From: Phormidium sp.
Lineage (GTDB): Bacteria > Cyanobacteriota > Cyanobacteriia > Cyanobacteriales > Aerosakkonemataceae
Length of the DNA stretch: 64,000 nucleotides
NCBI GenBank assembly: GCA_051013385.1
Contig: CP143273.1
Coordinates: 640,001 to 704,000, forward strand
Reading direction: 5' to 3'
Position 1 is the stretch's first letter; the number at the start of each line of letters is the position of its first letter. The position numbers were made by a program, and so were the translations under genes. Of this stretch, positions 20,177 through 30,225 are shown in pieces. The notes under the pieces were generated by a model. The model saw only the letters and a list, made by a program, of their open reading frames with translations, was not told the origin of the DNA and did no database searches.

Positions 20177-20656
20177 TCAATATGGTTGACCATCTTTATG
20201 AGTAAATTGCCATTTCCCATCTACCAGCATCGCTTCTAGATCGTCATCAGGATAAGTGACTACATCACCGGGGGTGCGATCGCCAATTTCTAGGTAAACA
20301 ACTTCCTCATTGGTATTGTTGACTAAGTGATGGGCATTACCAGAACCAGCCCGAAAACCTGCACACATACCTGGGACTAGCTGCTGTGAGCCTTCATTTG
20401 TAATTAATGTGGGACAACCTTGCAAAACATAGATAAACTCATCTTGGGTAGTATGGGCATGGCGAAGAGCAGATGATGCCGATGGCTTTAATCCTGTGAG
20501 GTTAACACCAAAATTCTTTACTCCAAACAAATCACCCAAAATGCGTTTCTCTTTTCCTTCCATTTGGCTAGCAAAAGGTTCTGGGTAAATACTCTTCTTC
20601 GCACGGGGAGCTACTTCGCTGGCTGTAATTGCGATCGGATAGTTGCAGTCTGACAT
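20177..20656 (-). CDS. Cupin domain protein
   Basis: Motifs SALRHAHTTQDEFIYVLQG and GFRAGSGNAHHLVN. Confidence 0.9.
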   Translation of the reverse strand: MSDCNYPIAITASEVAPRAKKSIYPEPFASQMEGKEKRILGDLFGVKNFGVNLTGLKPSASSALRHAHTTQDEFIYVLQGCPTLITNEGSQQLVPGMCAGFRAGSGNAHHLVNNTNEEVVYLEIGDRTPGDVVTYPDDDLEAMLVDGKWQFTHKDGQPY

Positions 20657-20802
20657 ATCATTATTTGTAAAGATAGAGAATTTGTTCAGTATATAACAGA
20701 TTTAGAAGTAGATATTCTCATCAGTTAAAAGATAAAACATAAACTAGCATCGCCACAGCCAAGAGGCATAAACTAAACTTACTTATTTGTTTATGTACCC
20801 GG

Positions 20803-21363
20803 ATGAGAAACATGAATAAAAATTTAGCTGTTATCTTGGGTGAACTGCAAGCACAAATATATTGGTTGCATGATGCTCTTGAGTTTACAGAATTAGCAAC
20901 CGCCGCCGCTAATATCTATACAAAACTTGGCTATAGTCAACAACAGTCAGCAACCGCAGGTCAATTAATCAGTGAAGCATATCAATTAGCTGATGATGCC
21001 GATCGCGCTTATCAAACTGCTGATTACGAGCAAGAAATGCAGTTTTATCATGAAGCTAAAGATAAATTGATTCAAGTAGAACATACGCTCAATTACCAAA
21101 ATAGTATTGCTATACATCAAATGAAATGGTGGCGACACTTTCGACATAAACAGAAATTACAAATTATCATACACTTGTTTTTGCAACATTTAAAGGCTGT
21201 AGGGTTTGTGCATTTATTTACGGCGATTAAACTGACATATTTTCTCATGGAAATAGGCAGAGTTCACAAACAGCGCGATCAAGAAACCACCAAACGCAAT
21301 GCTATAAAATACTGGGAAGAACTACTGAAAACTAAACCTCGACAATACCCTTATCTTGGGTAA
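20803..21363 (+). CDS. Hypothetical helical protein
   Basis: 186 aa ORF; no motif recognised. Confidence 0.65.
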   Translation: MRNMNKNLAVILGELQAQIYWLHDALEFTELATAAANIYTKLGYSQQQSATAGQLISEAYQLADDADRAYQTADYEQEMQFYHEAKDKLIQVEHTLNYQNSIAIHQMKWWRHFRHKQKLQIIIHLFLQHLKAVGFVHLFTAIKLTYFLMEIGRVHKQRDQETTKRNAIKYWEELLKTKPRQYPYLG

Positions 21364-21804
21364 ATTTTAGTTGTTAACAGTTAATTGAATGCGATCGGAT
21401 CGGTTACGCCAGAACCAGAGCGATCGCAAAAGTTCTCGCTCTACTGAAACTGTGATTAACTGCGATCGCATTCGAGTATTTTGGTCATCAACTCGCACAG
21501 GCTGATGTTGATCAGCCAAAACCCATTCAGCATAGCGGCGAACATAATCACGAGAATCATTACGAACCAAACGCGCTGCCTCACAACCATGTAGGCGGTT
21601 TGCCATTGGTTGTAATCATCATCAACGATAATTGTCTGCGATCGTCCAACGGGGCACAGGCAGATCCCATTTCTCCGGTCATAGCCCACACTTATCACTA
21701 TAGCCAGCAAGACTTATAGCATAACTCATTGAATTTGTTGACATATAGTAAATAAAACGTTACATTTATTTACATAAGGAAACAAACGAGAGAGAGAAAA
21801 ACAA

Positions 21805-21972
21805 ATGTACACCACTAATAACGAAGGCATTTTGAACAACTACGCTGCTGAACCCACCGTTTACTTTGCTGAGTACCCTTCACAAGAACAGCAACAGCGT
21901 TACCTGTTTCAAGGTGCTCTTTCAGTTATGTTTGTTACCCTGTTAGTTTTGACTGCTTTTGGGGTTAGCTAA
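21805..21972 (+). CDS. psb34: Photosystem II assembly factor Psb34 (Ssl1498 family), 55 aa
   Basis: Below the ORF-track cutoff. Translates MYTTNNEGILNNYAAEPTVYFAEYPSQEQQQRYLFQGALSVMFVTLLVLTAFGVS*. Confidence 0.85.
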   Translation: MYTTNNEGILNNYAAEPTVYFAEYPSQEQQQRYLFQGALSVMFVTLLVLTAFGVS

Positions 21973-22025
21973 GGTTTGATTTTAACTAAGGTGAATCGCG
22001 TCTAGTATCGGAATTCTCCCAATCA

Positions 22026-22051
22026 GCCTCAGTCTAAAAACTGAGGTTTTT
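22026..22051 (+). terminator. Intrinsic terminator of psb34
   Basis: CCTCAGT-CTAAAA-ACTGAGG hairpin followed by TTTTT. Confidence 0.7.
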
Positions 22052-22101
22052 GCTATTGTTTGCTTCAGCTAAAAACTCAAAATAAATCCACCTCCTAAAA
22101 T

Positions 22102-22383
22102 TCACATCCACACTTCCGACAACAATTCAGCAATTGCTGTCACACCTGTTCGTAAAGCATTTGTTCCAGTAAAAGTTGTGCCATCTTCATCAGTGAAATT
22201 CCCGCAATTATCCCAACCCGGAACATTCGCTAAAGCTAAACTCTTGCCTAGTTGATAAACTGCTTCTTCAATAACATCTTGACTAAAACTAAGTTCCTCT
22301 TTAACTTTCTTACATTTCTCGGCAATCAATTCCAGTTCTACCAATTGCTGATATTGTTCTGCTGTCAAGTTACTCGGTTTCAC
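22102..22383 (-). CDS. Hypothetical protein
   Basis: 93 aa ORF. Confidence 0.5.
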   Translation of the reverse strand: MKPSNLTAEQYQQLVELELIAEKCKKVKEELSFSQDVIEEAVYQLGKSLALANVPGWDNCGNFTDEDGTTFTGTNALRTGVTAIAELLSEVWM

Positions 22384-22851
22384 ACAGTTAATTATTTATG
22401 GCTACTCAAAAGTTTTTTTTTGACTGAAGATGTCTCTTTTTATTCTCGCGATCGCCTTTTTTCTCCATAATTGTGACAGTTCTGGGTGCAGAATGTGGGT
22501 TATAAAGCAAGTTTGGGCTTTATTTGGGCTTAATTTTTGTTTAAGTCCTGATAAAAAATGTAAATAAGTATTACGAAAAAGTATATATCTTATAAATAAT
22601 TAGTTGTTTTGTATGAGATATTTGAGGTAGCTCGTTAGCTTGTGCAATAACAGCGACTAGCAAATGGCTTTTTAGAAAAAAATATGCACGGCAAATTGAT
22701 TAAGTAGGTAGAAAGAAAAAATCTTAGGAGTAGGCAACTAACGTAAAAGATCTTCCTGTGAAAGTATCTGATCTTTTTACGAATAGTTGCTGATATTAAC
22801 TTCAAATCATTACTTACTTATTTACACATTAATATCGATCGGGATGCTTCT

Positions 22852-25800
22852 ATGACCAATACCCTTTTAGTTCCCATTCACCTTGATGCACTATACCTTC
22901 CCAGTAATACTGCGGTGCTGGAGGAGATGACCGATTACAGTAAGCTTCCCTACCGTAAATCAGGGAAAGTAATCAATTCTCAATCTGCTTATCTGAGCGA
23001 AACCGTATTGTCGCTACCATTTAAAAATCTTAACTTGAGCTTGAACGCTGGCATCCACCTCCACTGGCTTTTGCCGGATGCCTTGATGACAGGTAAAGCA
23101 GAATCAGATGGGATTACTTTTCCCCTGGTTCCCAATCGCTGGTTAATCGTGCGGCGAGGGGGTAACAAACCAGAAAAACAATGGGTTGTTGCCAGTGATT
23201 ATCTTTATGCTGAGAACGAGACACCACAGGATGGGATTAATATTCTCTATGAGCCGGGTAATGGTGAGTACCAGCCTTTTCGCTTTCTAGGACGCAAGTG
23301 GGAGTTAAATCAATGGCGATCGGGTTCAGCGAATGCCCAATATATTGAAGCCTTGACAGCTATTGGCCCTTTTGCCAAAGTTGATAGCTTAGATAACGAA
23401 AAGGCAGCTTTTGCTGGTTTTTATCCGAACTGCCGCAGCGTTTTTGGCTTTCACGATGCAGAGTTCACAAGTCCAACCCCACCCACTGGCTTGCAATACG
23501 ATGTCATTGGTTGGTACAGCGACAGCGAAAAAGATTGTCTGAGCAAATTTTTGCAAGAACATTCAGGAAGCACTTCTCAAAACCTTTTGGAAGAGTTGCA
23601 AGAAAAATTCGGCTGGACAACAGATATATCTAACAACCAGAACTTTCCTAATCGTATTCTGTGCCACGCTTCCTTGAAGTTTGAATCCAGCGGTTCACTT
23701 GTCGATCCAGCAGCAACCCTTCCCAATCCGACGATCGCTGTGGGTAATAGCCCCGAAGAAGCCATAGCTGCTTATTTAGCCTGTCAGCTTGATGGTGACA
23801 TAGAGAAACGCAAAATAATTGAAGAACAGTTAGAAGCTCTACAAATGAGCGATCGCTTGGAAAAAGTAGAGCTTGATTTCGGCCCGAAATTTCGACAAGC
23901 ACTACAAGAAAACAGCTTTGTTGGATATACAAAGGAGATGCTGTGGCGGGTGATACCAGAAAGCAACTCAGAAGTTTCTGCCAATGCCGCCCAAGGAGAA
24001 GCTCAGATGCAAGTGACTTTACCAACTAGCATCGGCAACCAGATCGATAAAGTTAATGAATTACAGCACCAATACGATCGAAAATTAGCAGAAATTGCCT
24101 CGATTCGAGAACAAGTCTATGCTGACTGGTACAAATATATGCTCGCCAGCTATGTGGGTGAAAAGAGAATACTAAAGGGTAAACCGACAGCGTTTCAAAA
24201 TAGAAGCGATAGCGATCTAACCAAAACATTCATTGAACTGCCACCCAAGCAACCTAATAAAAAATCTTGCAATCAATATGGACTACCTTCCTTAAATCAG
24301 GAGATTAGGACTGCTGGTGTTTTAAGTTTAACCAGAGACGATCGGGATGAAATTACTACTGCCTCAGCACCCAATTCTCAAAGCAAATCTATTGCTACCC
24401 AACTTGCCCAATCGATTAATACACTGAACGTTAACATTGAGCGATTTAATAAAGAATCCCGTTTAATTGCTCCTCATGGTAGCCAACTGACAGTAGAAGG
24501 CGATTGTACCTTAGTGGCGGATTCAGTTGCAGGTAAGTGTTTACATTTTAATGGTACTCAGGATTATTTAAAGGTATCTGGATTACAGAATATCCAGTCA
24601 ATTTCAATTTGGGTAAAACTACCAGACATCTCTACAGGATTGGGTTATCTTTTGGATGCCAGAAATGACCTAGCCAACAGTTGGTTTACTGCCAATTCTA
24701 TTAGTGGAATTGGTAGTAATTGGGAAAAAATGTATATCAATGGTAAACAACAGCCACTCGATTGGCAAAGTATTCCTAAGAATCAGTGGGTTTTTGTTTA
24801 TTTACAAGCTAAGAGTGGGTTTAGCGGTGCTATTCATTTAATGTCCAACTTTAACCAAGCTGAAAATTTATCGGGTGACATCGCCAGCGTTACCTTCCAC
24901 ACAGAACCTCTATCACCTGAAGAAATCCAGCAGAGTTATGCAGATAAAAGCGGTTTACTCAGACCATCTTACATCCTGAAAATAGTTCCGGGGCCGCGCT
25001 ACTGGCAGCCTAGAGATCCAGTGATTTTAATGACTGGGGATGCCGTGAAATCTACCCGCTATCAGGAAGAAGAGGATTTGAATGAAGATGATTTACTCAA
25101 ATGTGAGTTGTTAACCGAAACTATTGATTGGCAGCAATTTCCAGAAAACGTTTTAACAATTATCCTCAGTGAAATTGACGAAATTGATAAAAAATCGAGG
25201 AAAAAGGTTGGCTTTTATAATTGGGAAAATCAGCCTTGGCATCCCTTCATATTGGAATGGTCAATACAATTTTTTTCCTTAGAACATAACACTCAAGGTA
25301 ATGTTGCCAACACCTTGGGAAACTACGAACCTAAAATCCTGCAAAACTATCGAAAGCTGGCTGAAGATGCGGTTAAAAATAACTACGATCCTAACACTGT
25401 TAAAATTAACTACGAATTTCAAGTGAATGCAGTTGAACTTTCCCCTATAAGCACAACATGGAGTGAGTATCTTCAGAAAAATGCTAATCTTTACAGTGGT
25501 GCGAGTTTCCTTTCTTCCTCTGCCAGCACGCTCTTAAAAGGTAATCTCATAGATTACTTAAATAAACATTTGCTGCCCAAGTATTACGAAGCCGAAAAGA
25601 TCCCTGAAGACAAGCAAACAAAAGACTTCTTGAAGGATAACCTAAATGCTGTAAAAAACTGGTATCAACAGCAAAACTCCTCGATCGCCGATCCGATTTA
25701 TACAGCATTACAAGCTTACGAACAACTGCAAACTCTCAACTGCCTCGCCCAGAGTATCGGTGGCTTTAACGACGCATTGCTGACTTATAACCGCACAATG

Positions 25801-27189
25801 CAGTTGGGAGTGAACGATACCTTGGTGACACCTGAATTAAAAAAACAGTTTTTAGAACCAGTGAAAAAGGCTGTTAAAAGTGCTAATCAGCTTGTACCGG
25901 ATAGTATTTTGCGATCGCCTTACTTGGGTAACAATTTTAATCCCCTCCGCGCTGGGGCATTGAAAATTAGCGGACTGCGAATCATTGATACCTTTGGGCG
26001 AGTCAAAGTCGTGGTTGATATCAAAAATCCTCAAACAACAGCGATCGTCACCAGTCAACCCCTAACACCCCCACCCCAATGCCCATATCCAATTTACTTA
26101 CCGCCCCGTTTGGCACAACCTGCCCGATTGAATCTACGCTGGTTATCTGCCAATCAGGGACAGAGGCAAATGAACGATCACCCCAATACAAGCCCAGTTT
26201 GTGGCTGGATTTTACCAAATAATTTAGAAAGTAGCCTGACGATTTACGATGGAGAGGGTCTTTCTCTGGGCATTATTGACCGCACAGCCACTTGGCGAGC
26301 AATTCCTGGTAGTAATGAACAGATCCCTATTGATTCCATTGCCAATCCCTACCTACGGCAAATGGTCAAATTTCTAGTTACCCAAGGAAAGGAAAGTGGA
26401 TTTTTCTGCGATTTCCTGACTACTGTAAATAAGTCTTTAGAAACAATCGATCCAGAAGGCTTTGCTCAAAATCAAGCTATATCTTTGCTGGTATCACGTC
26501 CTCTCGCTTTAGTGCGATCGAAAGTCAATTTAGAACTGCAAGGATTACCTGCGATCAGCCAGAATATTACTGCCTTTTCTGCGGATGTTTTTGTTAACGA
26601 CGATCGAACTAATGATGCTTTCCCGAAGATCAAGTTTCCCATTCGCATTGGCGAATATAAGCAGTTCAACGACAGTTTAGTGGGTTACTGGTTGGAAACA
26701 GCTGATAATACTTACAAAGATGGCGTTTTTTATGCTCCTCAAAGTTGCTATGTTCCCCATCCAAAAATTAAAACTTTGTTCGATAGTGCCACAGATCCCA
26801 CACCTGATACGCCAGTAAACCTGGAGCAAACTTTAGAAGCAAACACAGAACAAACTCTAGTCATGTTAATCGATCCACGAGGTCAAATTAATGCGAGTTG
26901 CGGAGTCCTCCCGGCTAAAAGGATTTCTATTCCTCCAGAACAGTATCTTCCTGCTTTAAAAACAATATCGATCGCTTTCCTTTCCGCCCCACTTTTGAGC
27001 GATTTGAAACAGATTAATCTCTCACTTCCTGAAGTGCCTGGTTATGCTTGGTCTTGGTTAGGGAAAGAGGGAAATAATTGGTCAAGCCATCCACTACATC
27101 CTTTTAATTCTCAAGCGATTTTTAGCGATCGCCAGAAAATTTATGAGGGCTGGATAAAGTTAAGTAGAAAAGTAAAAGCTAATGAATGA
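22852..27189 (+). CDS. Large uncharacterised protein with a coiled coil and an inserted LamG/concanavalin-like domain
   Basis: 1445 aa. Motifs GIHLHWLLPDAL, FPLVPNRWL, PRYWQP and SPVCGWILPNNLE. Segment CLHFNGTQDY...SISIWVK...GDIASVTFHTEPLSPEEI is LamG-like. Confidence 0.8.
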   Translation: MTNTLLVPIHLDALYLPSNTAVLEEMTDYSKLPYRKSGKVINSQSAYLSETVLSLPFKNLNLSLNAGIHLHWLLPDALMTGKAESDGITFPLVPNRWLIVRRGGNKPEKQWVVASDYLYAENETPQDGINILYEPGNGEYQPFRFLGRKWELNQWRSGSANAQYIEALTAIGPFAKVDSLDNEKAAFAGFYPNCRSVFGFHDAEFTSPTPPTGLQYDVIGWYSDSEKDCLSKFLQEHSGSTSQNLLEELQEKFGWTTDISNNQNFPNRILCHASLKFESSGSLVDPAATLPNPTIAVGNSPEEAIAAYLACQLDGDIEKRKIIEEQLEALQMSDRLEKVELDFGPKFRQALQENSFVGYTKEMLWRVIPESNSEVSANAAQGEAQMQVTLPTSIGNQIDKVNELQHQYDRKLAEIASIREQVYADWYKYMLASYVGEKRILKGKPTAFQNRSDSDLTKTFIELPPKQPNKKSCNQYGLPSLNQEIRTAGVLSLTRDDRDEITTASAPNSQSKSIATQLAQSINTLNVNIERFNKESRLIAPHGSQLTVEGDCTLVADSVAGKCLHFNGTQDYLKVSGLQNIQSISIWVKLPDISTGLGYLLDARNDLANSWFTANSISGIGSNWEKMYINGKQQPLDWQSIPKNQWVFVYLQAKSGFSGAIHLMSNFNQAENLSGDIASVTFHTEPLSPEEIQQSYADKSGLLRPSYILKIVPGPRYWQPRDPVILMTGDAVKSTRYQEEEDLNEDDLLKCELLTETIDWQQFPENVLTIILSEIDEIDKKSRKKVGFYNWENQPWHPFILEWSIQFFSLEHNTQGNVANTLGNYEPKILQNYRKLAEDAVKNNYDPNTVKINYEFQVNAVELSPISTTWSEYLQKNANLYSGASFLSSSASTLLKGNLIDYLNKHLLPKYYEAEKIPEDKQTKDFLKDNLNAVKNWYQQQNSSIADPIYTALQAYEQLQTLNCLAQSIGGFNDALLTYNRTMQLGVNDTLVTPELKKQFLEPVKKAVKSANQLVPDSILRSPYLGNNFNPLRAGALKISGLRIIDTFGRVKVVVDIKNPQTTAIVTSQPLTPPPQCPYPIYLPPRLAQPARLNLRWLSANQGQRQMNDHPNTSPVCGWILPNNLESSLTIYDGEGLSLGIIDRTATWRAIPGSNEQIPIDSIANPYLRQMVKFLVTQGKESGFFCDFLTTVNKSLETIDPEGFAQNQAISLLVSRPLALVRSKVNLELQGLPAISQNITAFSADVFVNDDRTNDAFPKIKFPIRIGEYKQFNDSLVGYWLETADNTYKDGVFYAPQSCYVPHPKIKTLFDSATDPTPDTPVNLEQTLEANTEQTLVMLIDPRGQINASCGVLPAKRISIPPEQYLPALKTISIAFLSAPLLSDLKQINLSLPEVPGYAWSWLGKEGNNWSSHPLHPFNSQAIFSDRQKIYEGWIKLSRKVKANE

Positions 27190-27376
27190 AAACTCAGAAA
27201 TTGAAATCCAATTAACTTTAGGCGAAATCAACCAAATCTTAGATGCTTTGGGTAGCCTTCCTTATCGCCAAGTTTATCAAGTGATTGGCAAGATTCAGCA
27301 GCAAGCAGAATCGCAATTACAGCAGTTCGATCGCCCAAATGAACTGTCGCCCGAAACCGAATTTGTTAGCAAGTAA
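27182..27376 (+). CDS. Small helical protein, possible fibre assembly chaperone
   Basis: 64 aa, overlaps the upstream stop codon. Motif LTLGEINQILDALGSLPYRQVYQVIGKIQQQA resembles small proteins found beside phage-like fibre genes. Confidence 0.65.
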   Translation: MNENSEIEIQLTLGEINQILDALGSLPYRQVYQVIGKIQQQAESQLQQFDRPNELSPETEFVSK

Positions 27377-27401
27377 TCAATTGATTTTACGGAGTACCAT
27401 C

Positions 27402-30035
27402 ATGATTAAAAGACTTCCTACTTCATTTCCCAAAGCTTTAGCAAATAAAAGATACGCCTTACATCTTGATGAATTATCATCAGAACAACCTTTAAATTTT
27501 CAGCTTTATTATGCTAAAAATGAACAAAAAAGAGTTGTTAACACCATCTATTTAGAAGATGGTAATCCCAAATTAGATTTATATTTGGAAATACTGAATG
27601 ACTCATCAGAAAAAATTGAGCTTAAGAGTCCCTCTGCTGGATCGCAAACTGCCCAAAGTGGAGAAGAGGAATATGCTCATTTCAATAGATGTCATTTTTA
27701 TATCCAACTCGAAAAACAAATTCAAATCAAGTTGGAAGAAATTTCAATAGAATCAAAGGATCAATGGCAAGTAAATTATGATGAAGAGAACAATTTTATA
27801 ACCATATATTTTCTCCACAAGAATGGCTTGGTTTTGCAGCCTAGCACTTCACTCAATGGCTCCGATAAAGTTTTGCTAAAATTTCAAAATTTAGCAGCTA
27901 ATAATCCCACAGTTAAAACCACTAATGTAGAGTTTGTTTATAACTCTTATCACCCCGGAGAAATTGGAAAATTATCTCAACCCGAAGATATTGAAGAACT
28001 AGATGACGAAGAACTAGATGACGAAGAACTAGATGAAACACAAATGGCAGAAAAATGGAGAAAGAAAAGCTTTCCCAAGCGATTAAGCGTGAAAACACCT
28101 ATATCTATTACACATCATCCTGACAAAAACAATATTTTGCTACAATGGCGCTTTATTGGTTCTAACGCTATCATCAATGATGGAACTACTGGTAATGAAC
28201 TGAATCTGAAGATATTCAATCGTTCCCTATTGAACTATAATCGGCCTAATGTGTTATTAGACAAAATGAATTCTAAATTTATTGTCAGCTTTGAAACTGG
28301 CGATAAATCAGAAGCCTTGACAACACTAGATAAAGCAAAAGAAATCAGCATCACCACAACAGATTCCCAGAACTGGAAGATAAACAGAACCCAAAATTCA
28401 GCAGAGTGGACAATTCAGCTCAACGACACTTCAAATAAAGACAAATTAGCCCCTGGAGAGGGAATCGAACTCAATATTAAAAATCTAGTAAGCAGCAAAG
28501 CTTCTGGTGTCAGCTATTTGTACATTACTTATCAAAACATTGGTGACTATCCCGATGGACAGTTGGTTGTACCAATTGAAAAAACACCACTTTTATATCG
28601 AGGGGCGCAGGTTGGTATTGGTATCAAATCTCCCTCAGCTCAACTCCATGTAGGTGGAACTATTCAAGCAAAAGGCGACAACGAAACTCTAATAGGGCTA
28701 GTAGTTAAACCAACTTTTGACAATAATCAGAAAAATAATATTAAACCATTAGGATTGTTAGTTCATGGTGCTTCAGCCACAACAGAAATCGAAACAAAAG
28801 AAGTTGTGCGGTTTGTCAGACCCGGAGTTAGTGGTGTGAAGAATAGCAACAGTATAGGCTTTAAGGTTGGTTCGTATGAGCCAGGTATAAAAGGGAAAAC
28901 TCAACTGGATATAACACTCTCTAGCGATCCACAAGACAGTAACAACTGGGGTAATGTACCAGATGTAACGGTAATGTCTTTCCTCGCTGATGGTAAGGTT
29001 GGGATTGGCACGAAAAAGCCAAAGAGTAACCTTTCTATCAGTAATAATTATAAGGATAAAACCCAAGAAGCAGGTGTACTTGGAGAGATAACTTTTGTTG
29101 GGTATGATGATAGAAAATATGCTTCTGCATCTATTAAAGCAGAAAGTCCAAGTTGGGACGATCGAAGTCATCTCATCTTTATGACTAGCTCTGATGGTAC
29201 AAGCCCAAAAGAACGTATGCGTATTACGAATAATGGCAATATCGGTATCGGCACGACGAATCCATCAGCCAAATTAGAAATTGATGGCGGAGACATAAAA
29301 ATTGCCTCAGAGGATAAGGGAATTTTATTTGCTGATGGAGCCAAAATCTACAAAAAATCTGGTAGTGGGCTAAAAATTCAACTTGGAGCTATTCAAGCAA
29401 AACACGACAACGAAACTCTAATAGGACTAGAAGTTAAACCAACTTTTGACAATAATCAGAAAAAGAATGTTAAACCATTAGGATTGTTAGTTTACGGTGC
29501 TTCAGCCACAACAGAAATCGAAACAAAAGAAGTTGTGCGGCTTGTCAGACCCGCAAAGGATAAGAAGAATTCTAACAGTGTAGACTTCAAAGTTGGTGCA
29601 GCTGAGGCAGGCGAGGGTGGAAAAACTCGACTGGATATAGCACTCTCTAGTGATGCAAAAGACAGCAACAACTGGGGTAATGTACCAGATGTAACGGTAA
29701 TGTCTTTAAATGCTGGCACGACTTCTTCCCCAAATAATGTGGATGTCTATGGGGATTTTCATATCAAAGGAAAGAAACCTATCGAATATAAATACTATTC
29801 AGTAGACGGAGATAATCAAACTATTGAGACAGGTTATGATGTGAAAGATTGGATTGCAGTAGTAGGGGGGGTTGACTCTGTTGCACACACTGCATTTATG
29901 AGTGGCTTGATGTTGATACCTGAAGAAAGAAATAGCAAATGGATAATCAGGTGCGATCTGGCTGGAGTAACTGACAAATATTGGAAAATTATAGTTTTGT
30001 TTATTAGAAAAGAATTAGTTTCTGTAAAGACATGA
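27402..30035 (+). CDS. Tail-fibre/adhesin-like protein with internal duplication (877 aa from ATG 27402)
   Basis: GGAG at 27391 precedes ATG 27402. Three G(N/K)VGIGTxxP-type fibre repeats (QVGIGIKSPSAQLHV, GKVGIGTKKP, ERMRITNNGNIGIGTTNPSAKLEI) and a duplicated ~108 aa module. Confidence 0.75.
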   Translation: MIKRLPTSFPKALANKRYALHLDELSSEQPLNFQLYYAKNEQKRVVNTIYLEDGNPKLDLYLEILNDSSEKIELKSPSAGSQTAQSGEEEYAHFNRCHFYIQLEKQIQIKLEEISIESKDQWQVNYDEENNFITIYFLHKNGLVLQPSTSLNGSDKVLLKFQNLAANNPTVKTTNVEFVYNSYHPGEIGKLSQPEDIEELDDEELDDEELDETQMAEKWRKKSFPKRLSVKTPISITHHPDKNNILLQWRFIGSNAIINDGTTGNELNLKIFNRSLLNYNRPNVLLDKMNSKFIVSFETGDKSEALTTLDKAKEISITTTDSQNWKINRTQNSAEWTIQLNDTSNKDKLAPGEGIELNIKNLVSSKASGVSYLYITYQNIGDYPDGQLVVPIEKTPLLYRGAQVGIGIKSPSAQLHVGGTIQAKGDNETLIGLVVKPTFDNNQKNNIKPLGLLVHGASATTEIETKEVVRFVRPGVSGVKNSNSIGFKVGSYEPGIKGKTQLDITLSSDPQDSNNWGNVPDVTVMSFLADGKVGIGTKKPKSNLSISNNYKDKTQEAGVLGEITFVGYDDRKYASASIKAESPSWDDRSHLIFMTSSDGTSPKERMRITNNGNIGIGTTNPSAKLEIDGGDIKIASEDKGILFADGAKIYKKSGSGLKIQLGAIQAKHDNETLIGLEVKPTFDNNQKKNVKPLGLLVYGASATTEIETKEVVRLVRPAKDKKNSNSVDFKVGAAEAGEGGKTRLDIALSSDAKDSNNWGNVPDVTVMSLNAGTTSSPNNVDVYGDFHIKGKKPIEYKYYSVDGDNQTIETGYDVKDWIAVVGGVDSVAHTAFMSGLMLIPEERNSKWIIRCDLAGVTDKYWKIIVLFIRKELVSVKT
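27993..28036 (+). repeat. 15 bp in-frame tandem repeat x3 (EELDD)
   Basis: GAAGAACTAGATGAC repeated three times. Confidence 0.9.
28656..29707 (+). repeat. Intragenic ~325 bp direct duplication (28656-28981 and 29385-29707)
   Basis: Both copies encode IQAKxDNETLIGLxVKPTFDNNQK...SNNWGNVPDVTVMS, with long identical DNA runs. Confidence 0.9.
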
Positions 30036-30225
30036 TATAGGAGTTTTGAAAACAAACTCTCTAAAGTCAACTATCAATTTTAGGAATTCTGCATTCCAAA
30101 TAAGAGGCTTTTTCAGAGCAATCACCTGGTTGCTGTCTACATCAAGCGTCGCTGTATCAGGGTTGATTTTGAAAAGTTACTAAGAGCCTACAAAGCCTAC
30201 ATCAACATCTACCAAACCTAAACCT

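Noticed and set aside
21367..21710. Overlapping minus-strand ORFs of 79 and 84 aa
   Set aside because: They conflict with each other and show no recognisable motif. They may be a decayed gene, but cannot be supported.
27285..27401. Listed TTG start of the 916 aa ORF
   Set aside because: It overlaps the 64 aa gene. ATG 27402 has a GGAG SD and no overlap.
28656..29707. Duplicated module as a DGR template/variable repeat pair
   Set aside because: Both copies are in frame within one ORF. Differences include non-adenine substitutions and an indel, and no DGR-type RT is adjacent.
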